50,458 bases of DNA, taken from IMG/VR virus record IMGVR_UViG_3300045283_000155, positions 1-50,458 of that record. One strand, 5' to 3'. Position 1 is the first letter of the stretch, and every line of letters begins with the position of its first letter. The translations under genes and the position numbers were made by a program. This DNA comes from a virus (Duplodnaviria > Caudoviricetes). Positions 17,937-27,331 of this stretch are shown piece after piece. Under the pieces are notes generated by a model. That model saw only the letters and a list, made by a program, of their open reading frames with translations. It did not search any database and was not told where the DNA came from.

Positions 17937-18296
17937 CTAGGCGATGCGGATGGCCGCCGGCGCTGCCCCTGGCGGGGAGTGCGACTGGGTGTGCGGCACG
18001 ACGTTAGCGTCGCTGTGCGACATACAAAGGTATGTCGCATTGTCCTTCGCTCGGCTCATTACCTGGGTGATGTCCTCATCCATGTAGTCCGCCACCACCA
18101 TCAGGGTGGCGGCGTCGATCGGCACCTTCCCGGACAGCCGGCGGGATATCCACGACGGGTCGGTTACGCCGATGGCGCGCATAAGATCTTGCTGCAGGAT
18201 CCGCTTGCGTGCCATCGTGGCCCGCAGCTCAGCCGCTATCGCCTGCTGCCACTGGTCTCGCGTCAACCTCTTGTGAGGTGCTCGGCGTCTTGCCAT
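17937..18296 (-). CDS. Immunity repressor (XRE-type HTH)
   Basis: ELRATMARKRILQQDL..SWISRRLSGKVP; divergent from a Cro-like gene; promoter TTGACA-N16-TATTCT 7 nt above ATG 18296. Confidence 0.85.
   Translation of the reverse strand: MARRRAPHKRLTRDQWQQAIAAELRATMARKRILQQDLMRAIGVTDPSWISRRLSGKVPIDAATLMVVADYMDEDITQVMSRAKDNATYLCMSHSDANVVPHTQSHSPPGAAPAAIRIA
18016..18039. other. Candidate attP core inside the repressor gene
   Basis: Perfect inverted repeat TGCGACATAC-AAAG-GTATGTCGCA just after the HTH-coding part. Confidence 0.5.
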
Positions 18297-18303
18297 GTGA
18301 ACA

Positions 18304-18403
18304 AGAATATGCGGTGACCGCATGTTGTCAACAGCCAATCGTTTGCTCTGAGCGCAAACACACCGTACTTGGCTTGCACACATGCGGTTAGCGCATGTAC
18401 GGT
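18304..18403. promoter_or_regulatory. Divergent promoters with three operators (18309-18323, 18343-18357, 18382-18396)
   Basis: ATGCGGTGACCGCAT, TTGCTCTGAGCGCAA, ATGCGGTTAGCGCAT; rightward TTGCAC-N18-TACGGT. Confidence 0.75.
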
Positions 18404-18409
18404 CCGCAC

Positions 18410-18844
18410 GTGGCCGGAACTTGTCGAGTTGAAGGATGTCAGCGGCCGAGCCGTTCCCGTGGCTGGTGCGACGCCCACTACCGGCGATGGGAGAGGAACG
18501 GAGACCCAGGTCCCGCGCTGATAGGACCGGCACACCGCTACGACGGCTTGCAGGTTGAGGCAGCCAGGGTTCTCGGTATCCACCAGTCCGGTATCAGCCG
18601 GAGGATGCGCGGCGAGACCGCGTGGCGGGTCAACGAGCTGGATCTACTCGCCCAGGAACTGAACGTATCTTTGGACCAGCTGCTCAGGGTCGAGCCGAGC
18701 GTGAGAAGCAGGGAAGACAGGGTTTCAGCGGCACCTTCTACGGGGGTGCGCCGCGGGCAGACCTCGGCTGGTCCCGTCCCTCTCCCTGAGCAGCCTCAAC
18801 CTGATCTTAACGGCCGTGGCAAACGCCGAAAGGCCACACCGTGA
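18410..18844 (+). CDS. Cro-like XRE HTH protein with N-terminal Cys3His zinc finger
   Basis: CRVEGC..GWCDAHY then QVEAARVLGIHQSGISRRMRGETAW. Confidence 0.75.
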   Translation: MAGTCRVEGCQRPSRSRGWCDAHYRRWERNGDPGPALIGPAHRYDGLQVEAARVLGIHQSGISRRMRGETAWRVNELDLLAQELNVSLDQLLRVEPSVRSREDRVSAAPSTGVRRGQTSAGPVPLPEQPQPDLNGRGKRRKATP

Positions 18845-19515
18845 CCCGGCCACGTCTACTGGATCTGTTCTGCGGCGCTGGCGGTGCCGCGATGGGATAC
18901 CACCGCGCTGGGTTTGATGTCGTCGGCGTTGACAACCGGCCGCAGCCGCATTACCCATTTGAATTCCATCAGCTAGACGCCTTAGAAGTTCTGCACTGGG
19001 TGATTGACCCCGTAACCGCAACAGGGCAGTACATCACGGGAGACTGGGACGCCATTCACGCGTCACCGCCTTGTCAAGACCACGTGCGGGCACCCGGGCC
19101 GGCAGCCAAACATGGAACCGGGTGGATGCTGGCTGCCACTCGAGACCGACTCCTCGCCCAAAGCTTGCCTTGGGTCATCGAGAACGTGCCCGGCGCGCCG
19201 ATGCGGTCCGACTACAAACTCTGCGGTTGCATGTTCGGGCTACGGAAACTGAAGCGCGAACGATGGTTTGAGACGTCATGGCATGCGTTTGATCTGCGGC
19301 AACCCTGTAACCATCCAGAGCCGGTCATCAGTGTCACCGGCACCGGCACGCCGACCGGAACTTGGAAGGTCTACGGCTCGCTTCGCACCGCTGACTTTGG
19401 TGCTGTGCTTGGCATTGACTGGATGAATCGCGAGGAACTATCCCAGGCCATCCCGCCCGCCTACACCCAGCTCATCGGTGAACAGTTACTCGCCCACCTG
19501 AAGTTACCCGTGTAA
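18841..19515 (+). CDS. DNA cytosine-5 methyltransferase (compact phage type)
   Basis: LDLFCGAGG, ASPPCQ, VIENV, RER motifs. Confidence 0.9.
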   Translation: MTRPRLLDLFCGAGGAAMGYHRAGFDVVGVDNRPQPHYPFEFHQLDALEVLHWVIDPVTATGQYITGDWDAIHASPPCQDHVRAPGPAAKHGTGWMLAATRDRLLAQSLPWVIENVPGAPMRSDYKLCGCMFGLRKLKRERWFETSWHAFDLRQPCNHPEPVISVTGTGTPTGTWKVYGSLRTADFGAVLGIDWMNREELSQAIPPAYTQLIGEQLLAHLKLPV

Positions 19516-19573
19516 GCGGCGGCGTCATGCGCTGCCACGACGCCGCCAACCGAACCTACGAAGGAGGTTCGCA

Positions 19574-19834
19574 ATGACCGATCCTACCGAAACCACCCGC
19601 GCAAGACACCGTGTTGATCCGATGCGGCCAGCCAACCCACGCGCCGACGAAATCGTGCACCACTACCTGCAGGAACACCCAGACCCGGACCCGGTGGACA
19701 CCGACCGTAAAGGCCGCAACCTGTTCGCCGGTTTGATCCTCTTCGTGGTTGGTCTCATCGGGGTCTGCATTGTCGCCGCTTTGTTCGCTGGGTTCACATG
19801 GTTGGTGCTGTTTCTCACCGGGAACATTTCGTGA
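19574..19834 (+). CDS. Membrane protein
   Basis: AAGGAGG RBS; long hydrophobic C terminus. Confidence 0.6.
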   Translation: MTDPTETTRARHRVDPMRPANPRADEIVHHYLQEHPDPDPVDTDRKGRNLFAGLILFVVGLIGVCIVAALFAGFTWLVLFLTGNIS

Positions 19835-20049
19835 CCAGGAAGGAGGTGTCGGGTGATGCAGCCCCGCTGCTTCGGCGGGTATCGGATCGGGTCGGAAGTG
19901 AGGCCGACCCGATCCACCCACTCCTCATCGCACTGGCCTGTTTCGGCGCCGCGTGGGGGACTGTGGATCTCATGATCGGGTTGATCATTGCCGCCAGCGC
20001 GATCGTGTTGTGCCTGTGCGTCCTTTACGCCCTGGACCACCTGCGATGA
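19831..20049 (+). CDS. Membrane protein
   Basis: GTGA-coupled; two hydrophobic segments. Confidence 0.5.
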   Translation: MTRKEVSGDAAPLLRRVSDRVGSEADPIHPLLIALACFGAAWGTVDLMIGLIIAASAIVLCLCVLYALDHLR

Positions 20050-20240
20050 GCATCGACCAGGAGCGCCTGGGCCTACTTGCCGCCCGTGTCCGCGAGACAG
20101 ACACCGAATTTGAACATCTACTAACTACCTACGAAAAAGACGCTAGGCCTAGGCATCTTCATTCAGAGATAGGCGAGGCATGGGAGGCGCACATGCGTTC
20201 GCGCGATGCGCTCCTGCGATACGTAATGGAGAACGTCTAA
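20046..20240 (+). CDS. Hypothetical protein
   Basis: ATGA-coupled. Confidence 0.5.
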   Translation: MSIDQERLGLLAARVRETDTEFEHLLTTYEKDARPRHLHSEIGEAWEAHMRSRDALLRYVMENV

Positions 20241-20447
20241 TGAGTCGCTGTGCGGTTTTCGACACAACGTTCGGTATCTTCTTCCTCCTATCGCTGCCAG
20301 CGATTATCACGGGGATCGTTGAGGGAATCGTTTGGCTGGTGAACCGATGATGCGGGCCGAAGCTGCGGCCACCGCCGGCCTGGTCGGGTTGGTGTGTTTC
20401 GGGGCCGCGATTGTGTTGCTCCGCAAAGCCGTACAGGAGGCCACCTC

Positions 20448-20639
20448 ATGACGCTAGATGAAGCGCGTCAAGCGATCGGGCGGAAGGTCGTCTATTGGCC
20501 GCCGGGACCAGCAAGGCCCTTCGTTCTAGCCGAAGAAGGCGTGATCACGTCCGTTAATGACAGCTACGTGTTCGTCCGCTACGGCTCATATGCCGGGTCC
20601 GCGGCCACGAACGCGGAGAACCTGGAGTTCATCTCATGA
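20448..20639 (+). CDS. Small SH3-like phage protein
   Basis: IGRKVVY..EEGVITSVNDSYVFVRYG; AGGAGG RBS. Confidence 0.6.
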   Translation: MTLDEARQAIGRKVVYWPPGPARPFVLAEEGVITSVNDSYVFVRYGSYAGSAATNAENLEFIS

Positions 20640-20857
20640 TCACGATGCAGCTCACCCCGCAAGATATCGCCGACGCCAAAAAGGTCATCGACGACGCCGA
20701 TTTGACCGGGCCGCAAGCGAAAATGCTGTACGACGCCCTATATCGGGCGCAGGCGAAGGTCGGTACCACGTATGAGATGGTGCCGGCACGTCGGGGTAGG
20801 CGTCCGTTGTGGGGGTTGCGGGCTGCCCGGAAACAACTCGGCAGCGGACCGTCATGA
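20636..20857 (+). CDS. Hypothetical protein
   Basis: ATGA-coupled. Confidence 0.45.
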   Translation: MITMQLTPQDIADAKKVIDDADLTGPQAKMLYDALYRAQAKVGTTYEMVPARRGRRPLWGLRAARKQLGSGPS

Positions 20858-21150
20858 CTGGTCAGTTCGTGAGCGCAGCCGTACCCGGTCAACGGGACCT
20901 ACGGTTTTCCGCTGAGGACGTCTGCGAGATGGCTGGGGTCACCTACCGGCAGTTGGACCATTGGATCCGCAACAACCATCTTCAAGGCGATCACCTTAAA
21001 GACTTGGGGTCAGGGCATCCCCGCAGCTTCAGCCTGTCCGATCTTGTTGAAATCGCGGTGATGCAGGCGCTGACCGATGTCGGATTCCGGGTAAGCGTCG
21101 CAGCCCGTTTGGCATCAGCGGAACGCCGGCCGCATTGGGAGTCAGCATGA
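20854..21150 (+). CDS. MerR-like HTH DNA-binding protein
   Basis: VCEMAGVTYRQLDHWIR..GSGHPRSFSLSDL. Confidence 0.85.
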   Translation: MTGQFVSAAVPGQRDLRFSAEDVCEMAGVTYRQLDHWIRNNHLQGDHLKDLGSGHPRSFSLSDLVEIAVMQALTDVGFRVSVAARLASAERRPHWESA

Positions 21151-21398
21151 CAACCGAGCAAGCGTGGCACCAACTGCTGACAGCTAGAGGCCATTTGTTC
21201 GAAGTGGCCGAATTCGGCAAATACACGTGTGAACATTGTCAGTTAACTGTGTCATGGCTGTTTGAGCCTGAGCGTATATCGGACTGTTCCCTCAACCCCG
21301 AGGTGCTGCGATGAAACGGCTGTGGGTGTGGCTGCGCCGCCAATTCTCGCTCACTGCGCTGCTTGGTGCGTGTGACCGCGGACCCACCCGGACATCCG

Positions 21399-21821
21399 AT
21401 GACTGACCCGCTACCCGCCGCGACACGTTGCCTGCTCGAGGACATCGCGGCGGGTAAGGATCCGTTTCTGATGATGTTTCAAGGTCGAGCACAAGACGAG
21501 TTGGCGAAGTATCCGAGGTCGCAGCCCGAACCAGCATGGTTGCAGGGCGACGTGGTGCTCTGGCATGACATGGCCTGGAGACGCCGAGGAGACGATTGGG
21601 TACGCCTCAACGACAATCACACTACGGGTGATTACGCCCCTGGGTTCTCCGCTGAGGCTGACTTGATTGCTCGTGGTGGTCGGCGGGTGTATCCGCCACG
21701 ATTCGCCGAACACGCCTCATGGCTACGGCGGATAGCCGCCGCCAACTTCGACAAGTACGAAGAGCCATACAAGAAGCTGCATCGTATCGCCGCTGACCTG
21801 GCCGGTGACACCGATGCCTGA
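21399..21821 (+). CDS. Hypothetical protein
   Basis: ORF in operon chain. Confidence 0.5.
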   Translation: MTDPLPAATRCLLEDIAAGKDPFLMMFQGRAQDELAKYPRSQPEPAWLQGDVVLWHDMAWRRRGDDWVRLNDNHTTGDYAPGFSAEADLIARGGRRVYPPRFAEHASWLRRIAAANFDKYEEPYKKLHRIAADLAGDTDA

Positions 21822-22086
21822 CCTCGACACCAGCCGCTGTCTCACCGACGGGAACCTGACCATCTGCCTCGGTCCCAAAATGCGGGTGGTTAAAGAAGAA
21901 CGGCAGGAACCGATCTGGTGCTTCGGGGAACGTCGCCGCGTCGGCGGCGTGCACCAACTGTGGTCACCGGTCGGCATGTCCTACTACGACCCCCACTGGT
22001 CCTACACATGCGATGGCTGCGGTGATGACCGGCGCCTCGGCTTCGGCCGTGTCTGGATGTGGGATGAGGAGTACGCCGATGCCTGA
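21814..22086 (+). CDS. Hypothetical Cys-containing protein
   Basis: Starts MPDLDTS; flanked by 24-bp repeats. Confidence 0.55.
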   Translation: MPDLDTSRCLTDGNLTICLGPKMRVVKEERQEPIWCFGERRRVGGVHQLWSPVGMSYYDPHWSYTCDGCGDDRRLGFGRVWMWDEEYADA

Positions 22087-22432
22087 CCTGGACACCTCCG
22101 TCGATGAACTCACCGACCTGATCTTGCGCACCCTCGATGAGCACCGGTACCGCCCCAACCGGGCCTGCATGCACGCCCTGTTCCTCCTGCGTGGTCGAGG
22201 GTTCTACCCGGACAGAGAATGGCGATTCGGTGAAACGGTTGTAACCCCGGTGTTGGAGTTGTGGGATCGGGCTGATGCTTGCTGCGCGAACCCCGTCGGG
22301 GAATGGGGTTCCGCCTACGTCCCGGCGGAGTATGCGGGGGCGTGGGGACAGCGTGAGGCGAACGAGTTGCGGTGGGACGCCCGGCAACTGATCCGCGACT
22401 ACCTGACCGGGCTACTCGGCGGTGACCAATGA
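22079..22432 (+). CDS. Hypothetical protein
   Basis: Also starts MPDLDTS. Confidence 0.55.
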   Translation: MPDLDTSVDELTDLILRTLDEHRYRPNRACMHALFLLRGRGFYPDREWRFGETVVTPVLELWDRADACCANPVGEWGSAYVPAEYAGAWGQREANELRWDARQLIRDYLTGLLGGDQ

Positions 22433-22601
22433 GGGCCAAGCCGTGGATGACCTACCTGTCACCAGACGGGCGTCTCTTCGAATATTTGGACGCCGAGTTA
22501 ATTGAGGAGCAGGACGACGGGTTCAAGGTACGAGTTGCCGTCGCAATTGATGCGGGCCGCGTCGCATCTGTTGATGTTTTCGTGCCAAAAACGGAGGCGA
22601 C

Positions 22602-22774
22602 ATGACCTTATGGCACCCGGCCTCGACGACTACCAACCCTTCTTCGACAACATCCGCAACGCCGACCAAGAACTGTTGGAGGCGCGCCGCTCCTATGACT
22701 GGACCCGTATTGAACAAGCCCGCACCGAACTACGACACGCCATCGAACAGCTCGTCAGCTTCATCATCCGATAG
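22602..22774 (+). CDS. Hypothetical protein (start near 22609)
   Basis: MAPGLDDYQPFFDNIRN helical ORF after a GGAGG; start uncertain. Confidence 0.35.
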
Positions 22775-22782
22775 GGGCAGTG

Positions 22783-23160
22783 ATGGCTGACAGACCACAT
22801 GTGATTACAGGTCAGATGTTCGGTAAGGCTCTGGCGGATGTGGGCGTACTGGACAACTTTGGCACCATCCGACGGGTCGTGGTTGATGCCCAAGCGGACC
22901 ACATCGTCATGCTCTACATCGAACGTTACGGCGATGAACGAATGCTGCAGGTACTGCAAACATTGGACGGCGTCGAAATACGTGAGATGACACGCGAAGC
23001 TCCTTCCTCTGGCATGACTCACACAGCTCTACCAAGGGAAGACGAGAGTCCCGCAACCCATCACAGTGGTGGAGTAGGCGGGGCTGAGAACAGCGGCAGG
23101 GGTTCGGTGGATTCCCCCCACCATCGGACCCCTGCCGCCACAGAAAGGAACACACCATGA
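22783..23160 (+). CDS. Hypothetical protein
   Basis: IRRVVVDAQADHIVMLYIERYGDER, seen in actinophage proteins from memory. Confidence 0.55.
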   Translation: MADRPHVITGQMFGKALADVGVLDNFGTIRRVVVDAQADHIVMLYIERYGDERMLQVLQTLDGVEIREMTREAPSSGMTHTALPREDESPATHHSGGVGGAENSGRGSVDSPHHRTPAATERNTP

Positions 23161-23400
23161 AACGACATCCGATCAGCCGGGTCATCATCCGCCTTTATCA
23201 ACACCACATCACCCAACACACCCCACGGTGACAGCCGCGCCGGCCTGTCCTGCTCACAACTCGCGGCCCATGTCGGCATCATCGCATTCCTCACCGGGAA
23301 CATGATGTGCAGCAAATGCTCCGGCGGATCCTCGTCGGGGGCGGCGCGGCGCAGCTCAGGTATGGGGAAAACCGGGAAGCAGCAGAGAAAACGGAGATGA
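23157..23400 (+). pseudogene. Frameshifted YidD-like gene
   Basis: Strong RBS; IIRLYQHHITQHTPR-stop, then SCSQLA in the +1 frame. Confidence 0.45.
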
Positions 23401-23409
23401 GAAAAGCGC

Positions 23410-23628
23410 ATGAAGACATGGCGATTAATCCGCGAGACCTCCGGTCCAGGAGTAGCCGCACCAGTGGGCGTAGTCGCCGAGGTGGCCGAGTTTGACACAG
23501 GCCAATGTGTGCTTTGCTGGTTGACTCAACCTGGCGCAATTGAGATATATCCCTCACGTTCCGCTTTGTCCGCAGTACGTGAGGCATCGGGTCGTTCCTG
23601 GCTAGAGGCTGCGTCGGAAGTAAGGTGA
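23410..23628 (+). CDS. Hypothetical phage protein
   Basis: GVVAEVAEFDTGQCVLCWL pattern. Confidence 0.55.
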   Translation: MKTWRLIRETSGPGVAAPVGVVAEVAEFDTGQCVLCWLTQPGAIEIYPSRSALSAVREASGRSWLEAASEVR

Positions 23629-24467
23629 CTCCTCGCCGGCCGAAGGGCCCACCGCAGCCCGCCAATGATAGCTACGGCTACCGGTATTACAACACGCCTA
23701 TGGGCCGGTTTATGTCCGTCACCACGATTCTTGAGCATGGTGTGCCGAAGCTGGAGTTGAAGCATTGGGCGGCGTGGGAAGCCGCGAAATGCGCGGTCGA
23801 CAGCATTCCCGACCTCGTTAAGGCTCGGGGTGACGAGGCCCGCCGCGAGATTACTTTGTGGATACAGAAAGCATCCGAACGGAAAAGCGACAAGGCGAAG
23901 AACCTGGGAAGCGCCATCCACAAATTCCTGGAGGCCCAGATATTGGGGCAACCAACCCCGGAATACACCGATGAGCAGCGCCCGTTCGTCGAGGGATTCG
24001 CCCGGTTCTTGGATGATTGGCAGCCGCAGTTCGAGGCCACCGAACTAACTGTGGCTAATCCTCAGCATCGTTATGCGGGTACGCTTGACGCTATAGTCCG
24101 GATCCCTTTGTTGGGCGATGGTTTGGGCATGCTTGATTACAAAACTGGTAAGGCCATCTGGTCAGAGGCGGGCACCCAACTAGCAGCGTATCGGCGGTGC
24201 ACGGTGGGATGGACAAAGCCTGAGGGTACTGAGGTTAAGCCACCCGCAACCGATTGGGGGCGCGTGCTGCATATCCGGCCCAAGGGTATGGAGGGCGGCA
24301 CCGTCAAGGGTTATGCGCTGCGATACATGGACACATCAGACGAGCGGTTTAAGAAGTTTCTGGCGGCGCAAGAGACGGCGGAGGATAACGCCCCGGATGG
24401 GCCGGCGTCGCGGGTGGTTGGGCCGCCGGAGAAACTGCCCACGGTGCAGGAGGAAATACCCGCATGA
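23625..24467 (+). CDS. PD-(D/E)XK exonuclease (RecE/Cas4-like)
   Basis: SVTTIL, GSAIH, YAGTLD, LDYKTG, QLAAY. Confidence 0.88.
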   Translation: MTPRRPKGPPQPANDSYGYRYYNTPMGRFMSVTTILEHGVPKLELKHWAAWEAAKCAVDSIPDLVKARGDEARREITLWIQKASERKSDKAKNLGSAIHKFLEAQILGQPTPEYTDEQRPFVEGFARFLDDWQPQFEATELTVANPQHRYAGTLDAIVRIPLLGDGLGMLDYKTGKAIWSEAGTQLAAYRRCTVGWTKPEGTEVKPPATDWGRVLHIRPKGMEGGTVKGYALRYMDTSDERFKKFLAAQETAEDNAPDGPASRVVGPPEKLPTVQEEIPA

Positions 24468-24932
24468 CCATTCATCGCTACGCACTGGACGATCATGCTG
24501 ACGGGCGTTACTGGATCATCGCCGGGCTTGTAGAACTCCAGGGTGGGCACGCTTCCCTCCCCACCGGGATATGCCCGGCAGGTCTCACTGAGATAACCAG
24601 CTGGACTCAACGCGGACGTCTTCACATCAGTACACGGGGACAGGACATCAAGAGGAGTCGGCAGATGGTCACCTTGTCCATACTCGCCCTCTCAATGTTG
24701 ATGTGTGGCTCAGCTGTCGTTGGCGCGCTTGCTCTAGCCGCGTATGTGTGGAGACATACGCCATGAGCACATGCGAGATTTGCCATGAAAGACGTGGCTA
24801 TGCCGTTCGAAATGGCCGACTGGTCTGCAAGCCCTGCCGTGAATGGTGGGACTACTGGACGAATCTTTCACCAGCCGACCAGCGGAGAGAACTTGAGTCT
24901 ATGGCCCGATATGTGGAAGAGAGCGAGCACGT

Positions 24933-25364
24933 ATGAGCCCAATTCTTGAGAAGATTCTCAAGAGGCGTCAGATCGTCGGTGAATGCTGGGAGTGGACCGG
25001 TGCCTGGACGAACATGGGATATGGCGCGATATGGATCGAGGATGAGCAGCGACAGGTCTACGTCCATCGGCGTGCATATGAAATCTACGTAGGTCCAATC
25101 CCTGCGCATCTGGTGCTAGACCACCTCTGCGCTAATCCTCCTTGCTTCAACCCGAAGCACCTCCGCGCTGTCACACAAGGGGAGAATGTCCGCGCGCAGC
25201 CACGAATCGCGTTCCGGACCAGCTGCCGTGCCGGACATCCGTTAACGGGAACGAACGTCTACATCACGCCCAGAGATGGGCTTGTCAAATGCCGGGAATG
25301 CCGCAGGGTTGCCTGCGTCCAGTACGAGGCAAAAAGGACGGCGCGACGTCATGCCAATACTTGA
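24933..25364 (+). CDS. HNH endonuclease with C-terminal zinc ribbon
   Basis: CWEWTG, YVHRRAY, LDHLCANPPCFNPKHL, CRAGH..CREC. Confidence 0.9.
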   Translation: MSPILEKILKRRQIVGECWEWTGAWTNMGYGAIWIEDEQRQVYVHRRAYEIYVGPIPAHLVLDHLCANPPCFNPKHLRAVTQGENVRAQPRIAFRTSCRAGHPLTGTNVYITPRDGLVKCRECRRVACVQYEAKRTARRHANT

Positions 25365-26421
25365 TCTTCAGATCAGGGCCCGCGAACTCGGGCGGATTCG
25401 TCTCGGGCAGGTCGTCCCCACCAGCAACGGTAAAACCCGCCCAAGCAAACTGTCCCAATTCCGGTTCACGTCCTACAGCCGTGAACTCCTGCAGCATGTG
25501 GCCCGCTTATACGGCGGCGAGGTGCATGCGTGGCAGCCGCAAGGTGGTGGCCCACCCGGGTTCGAGGTGATCACCGATGCCACCCGTGTCCCCATCCTTG
25601 TCCCACCGCAACCCGTGTCGCAGTGGTACGAGACGTGGTCCGGTGGTGGCTGCACCCGGCGTTGCGACGGTACGACTGAGGTGATCACCGATCAGCCGTG
25701 CTTGTGTGATCCGGACCCGGAACGGCGGGAATGTAAACCCACCACCCGACTCAACGTCATGTTGCGGGATGTCCCCGGTCTGGGTGTGTGGCGGCTCGAA
25801 TCCCATGGCTACTACGCCGCGGTCGAGTTGCCGGCGGTGGCTGAGTTTCTGGCCCGTACGAAGGGTTATTTGCCGGCGGCGTTGGTGCTTGAGGAACGGG
25901 TTGTGAAACGCAAGGGGGTCACGTTGCGGTATTTGGTTCCGGCGATTGAGGTGGAAGCTGTCACCCCCGGGCAGCTAGTCGCTGGGCAGTCAGCGGATTT
26001 AGTAGCTGGACAACCGATAGACATCTCGGAATGGGTGGAAGTGCCCGAGCGGCCTCCGTTGCCAGCGCTGAGTGGTGATCTGTCGTTTGACATGAAGATC
26101 ACCAGCTCTGCCACCCGTGAAGAACTCCTCGGCATCCTTGACGAGCTGCACCGCGCCGGGCTTGAGAAGACGGAGACGGATCGCATCGTCGAGTTGGCTA
26201 CCACCCGGGCGCATGAACTGGGTGTGGCCCGTACGCCGCGAGGGCAGGTAGATGTTGATTTGCCGCCGAACGTTGATGACTTGTGGGTGCGGATCCTGTC
26301 GTTAGCACCGGACGGGTGGACATCAGGTGATGTGGAAACCGAGTTCACCCGGGCGACCGGTGTGGCTGCGGAGAAGGCTACAGCGGAGGATATGCAGGCT
26401 TACCTCAACAAGGTGACCTGA
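25351..26421 (+). CDS. Gp3-like recombination protein (partner of the exonuclease)
   Basis: ELGRIRLG..RPSKL..FRFTS, WSGGGCTRRCDG, CKPTTRLNVML, GVWRLESHGYYAA. Confidence 0.75.
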   Translation: MPILDLQIRARELGRIRLGQVVPTSNGKTRPSKLSQFRFTSYSRELLQHVARLYGGEVHAWQPQGGGPPGFEVITDATRVPILVPPQPVSQWYETWSGGGCTRRCDGTTEVITDQPCLCDPDPERRECKPTTRLNVMLRDVPGLGVWRLESHGYYAAVELPAVAEFLARTKGYLPAALVLEERVVKRKGVTLRYLVPAIEVEAVTPGQLVAGQSADLVAGQPIDISEWVEVPERPPLPALSGDLSFDMKITSSATREELLGILDELHRAGLEKTETDRIVELATTRAHELGVARTPRGQVDVDLPPNVDDLWVRILSLAPDGWTSGDVETEFTRATGVAAEKATAEDMQAYLNKVT

Positions 26422-26777
26422 TGGGTCGACAGACAGCGTTTTCTAATCACACCGAGTTTGAACTGTGGGAAGTCAACTGGTGTGACCGCTGCCTGCGCGA
26501 CAAGGCATATCGCGAGCGGGACCAGGGCTACGGCTGTCCCATTCTCGCCAATGTGGTTATCGATAACAGCATTCCGCCAGAGTGGATTGAGCAACCATTC
26601 GAGTCTTATCCATTCGACGCCTACCACTGCATCGAGTTCCGGCCACCCGGCTGGCGTAACCCAGAACCCCAGCCGCAGCCACCGCCGCAGCCCGGACCCG
26701 GCCTATTCCCCGAACCAGAGCGGGCTGTGCGGATGCTTATCCAGCCTCAGCCAGTACGGGAGATGGCTGATGCCTAA
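26421..26777 (+). CDS. Cys-rich hypothetical protein
   Basis: FSNHTEF..WCDRC..GCPIL..C motif. Confidence 0.6.
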   Translation: MGRQTAFSNHTEFELWEVNWCDRCLRDKAYRERDQGYGCPILANVVIDNSIPPEWIEQPFESYPFDAYHCIEFRPPGWRNPEPQPQPPPQPGPGLFPEPERAVRMLIQPQPVREMADA

Positions 26778-27129
26778 CCGCCAGTACGAGGCTGGGCGCC
26801 GCTTCGAATACCGGGTCGTTAAAGACCTCACCAAACGCGGCTACAAAGCTAAGCGGACCCCGGGCAGCAAAGGCGTCTACGACATTCACGCCATCGGCGC
26901 CGGATACAGCCTGTTCGTCCAAGTAAAGTCCGGCAAGGATGACGCCAACTCCAGCCGGGAAGGCATGGAACACGCCGGGTGGAACAAGCTGCTTGACCAC
27001 ACTTCGGTGGTCTATGCGTATCTTCCTGTGGTCGCTGATCGGGATGGCCGCAAAATCCGGTACCGGTTGATCACCGGATACCACACCTACCGGTCCCGGG
27101 ACTGGCCAGCAGAGATGTACGAGCCGTGA
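26770..27129 (+). CDS. Holliday junction resolvase (Hjc-like)
   Basis: GRRFE..L..RGY..RTPGSKGVYDIHA..FVQVKS. Confidence 0.8.
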   Translation: MPNRQYEAGRRFEYRVVKDLTKRGYKAKRTPGSKGVYDIHAIGAGYSLFVQVKSGKDDANSSREGMEHAGWNKLLDHTSVVYAYLPVVADRDGRKIRYRLITGYHTYRSRDWPAEMYEP

Positions 27130-27331
27130 GCGAGATGACCACCGACCCATGCGGCCGCCCATCATTGGGAGTGCACGCTATCTGGCTACGGGCACTAGCC
27201 GATCAGCACGCCGACCCGGCACCGCCCGAAGCGTGGACGCAACGCGAGAAGGTTCTTCGCCGCATCGCGGACGACCTCGACCAGTTGCAAGCCGAACTCG
27301 CTACATGGGTGGGCTTGTTTGAAGGTGTCCC

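Noticed and set aside
18014-18041. dif/Xer site
   Set aside because: Resembles a TATGTC arm but is symmetric with the wrong spacing; kept as an att candidate only
23229-23231. Selenocysteine readthrough at the TGA in the YidD-like gene
   Set aside because: The conserved downstream motif is in another frame, which fits a frameshift
23625-24467. Cas4/CRISPR adaptation gene
   Set aside because: No Fe-S cysteine set or array; context is phage recombination
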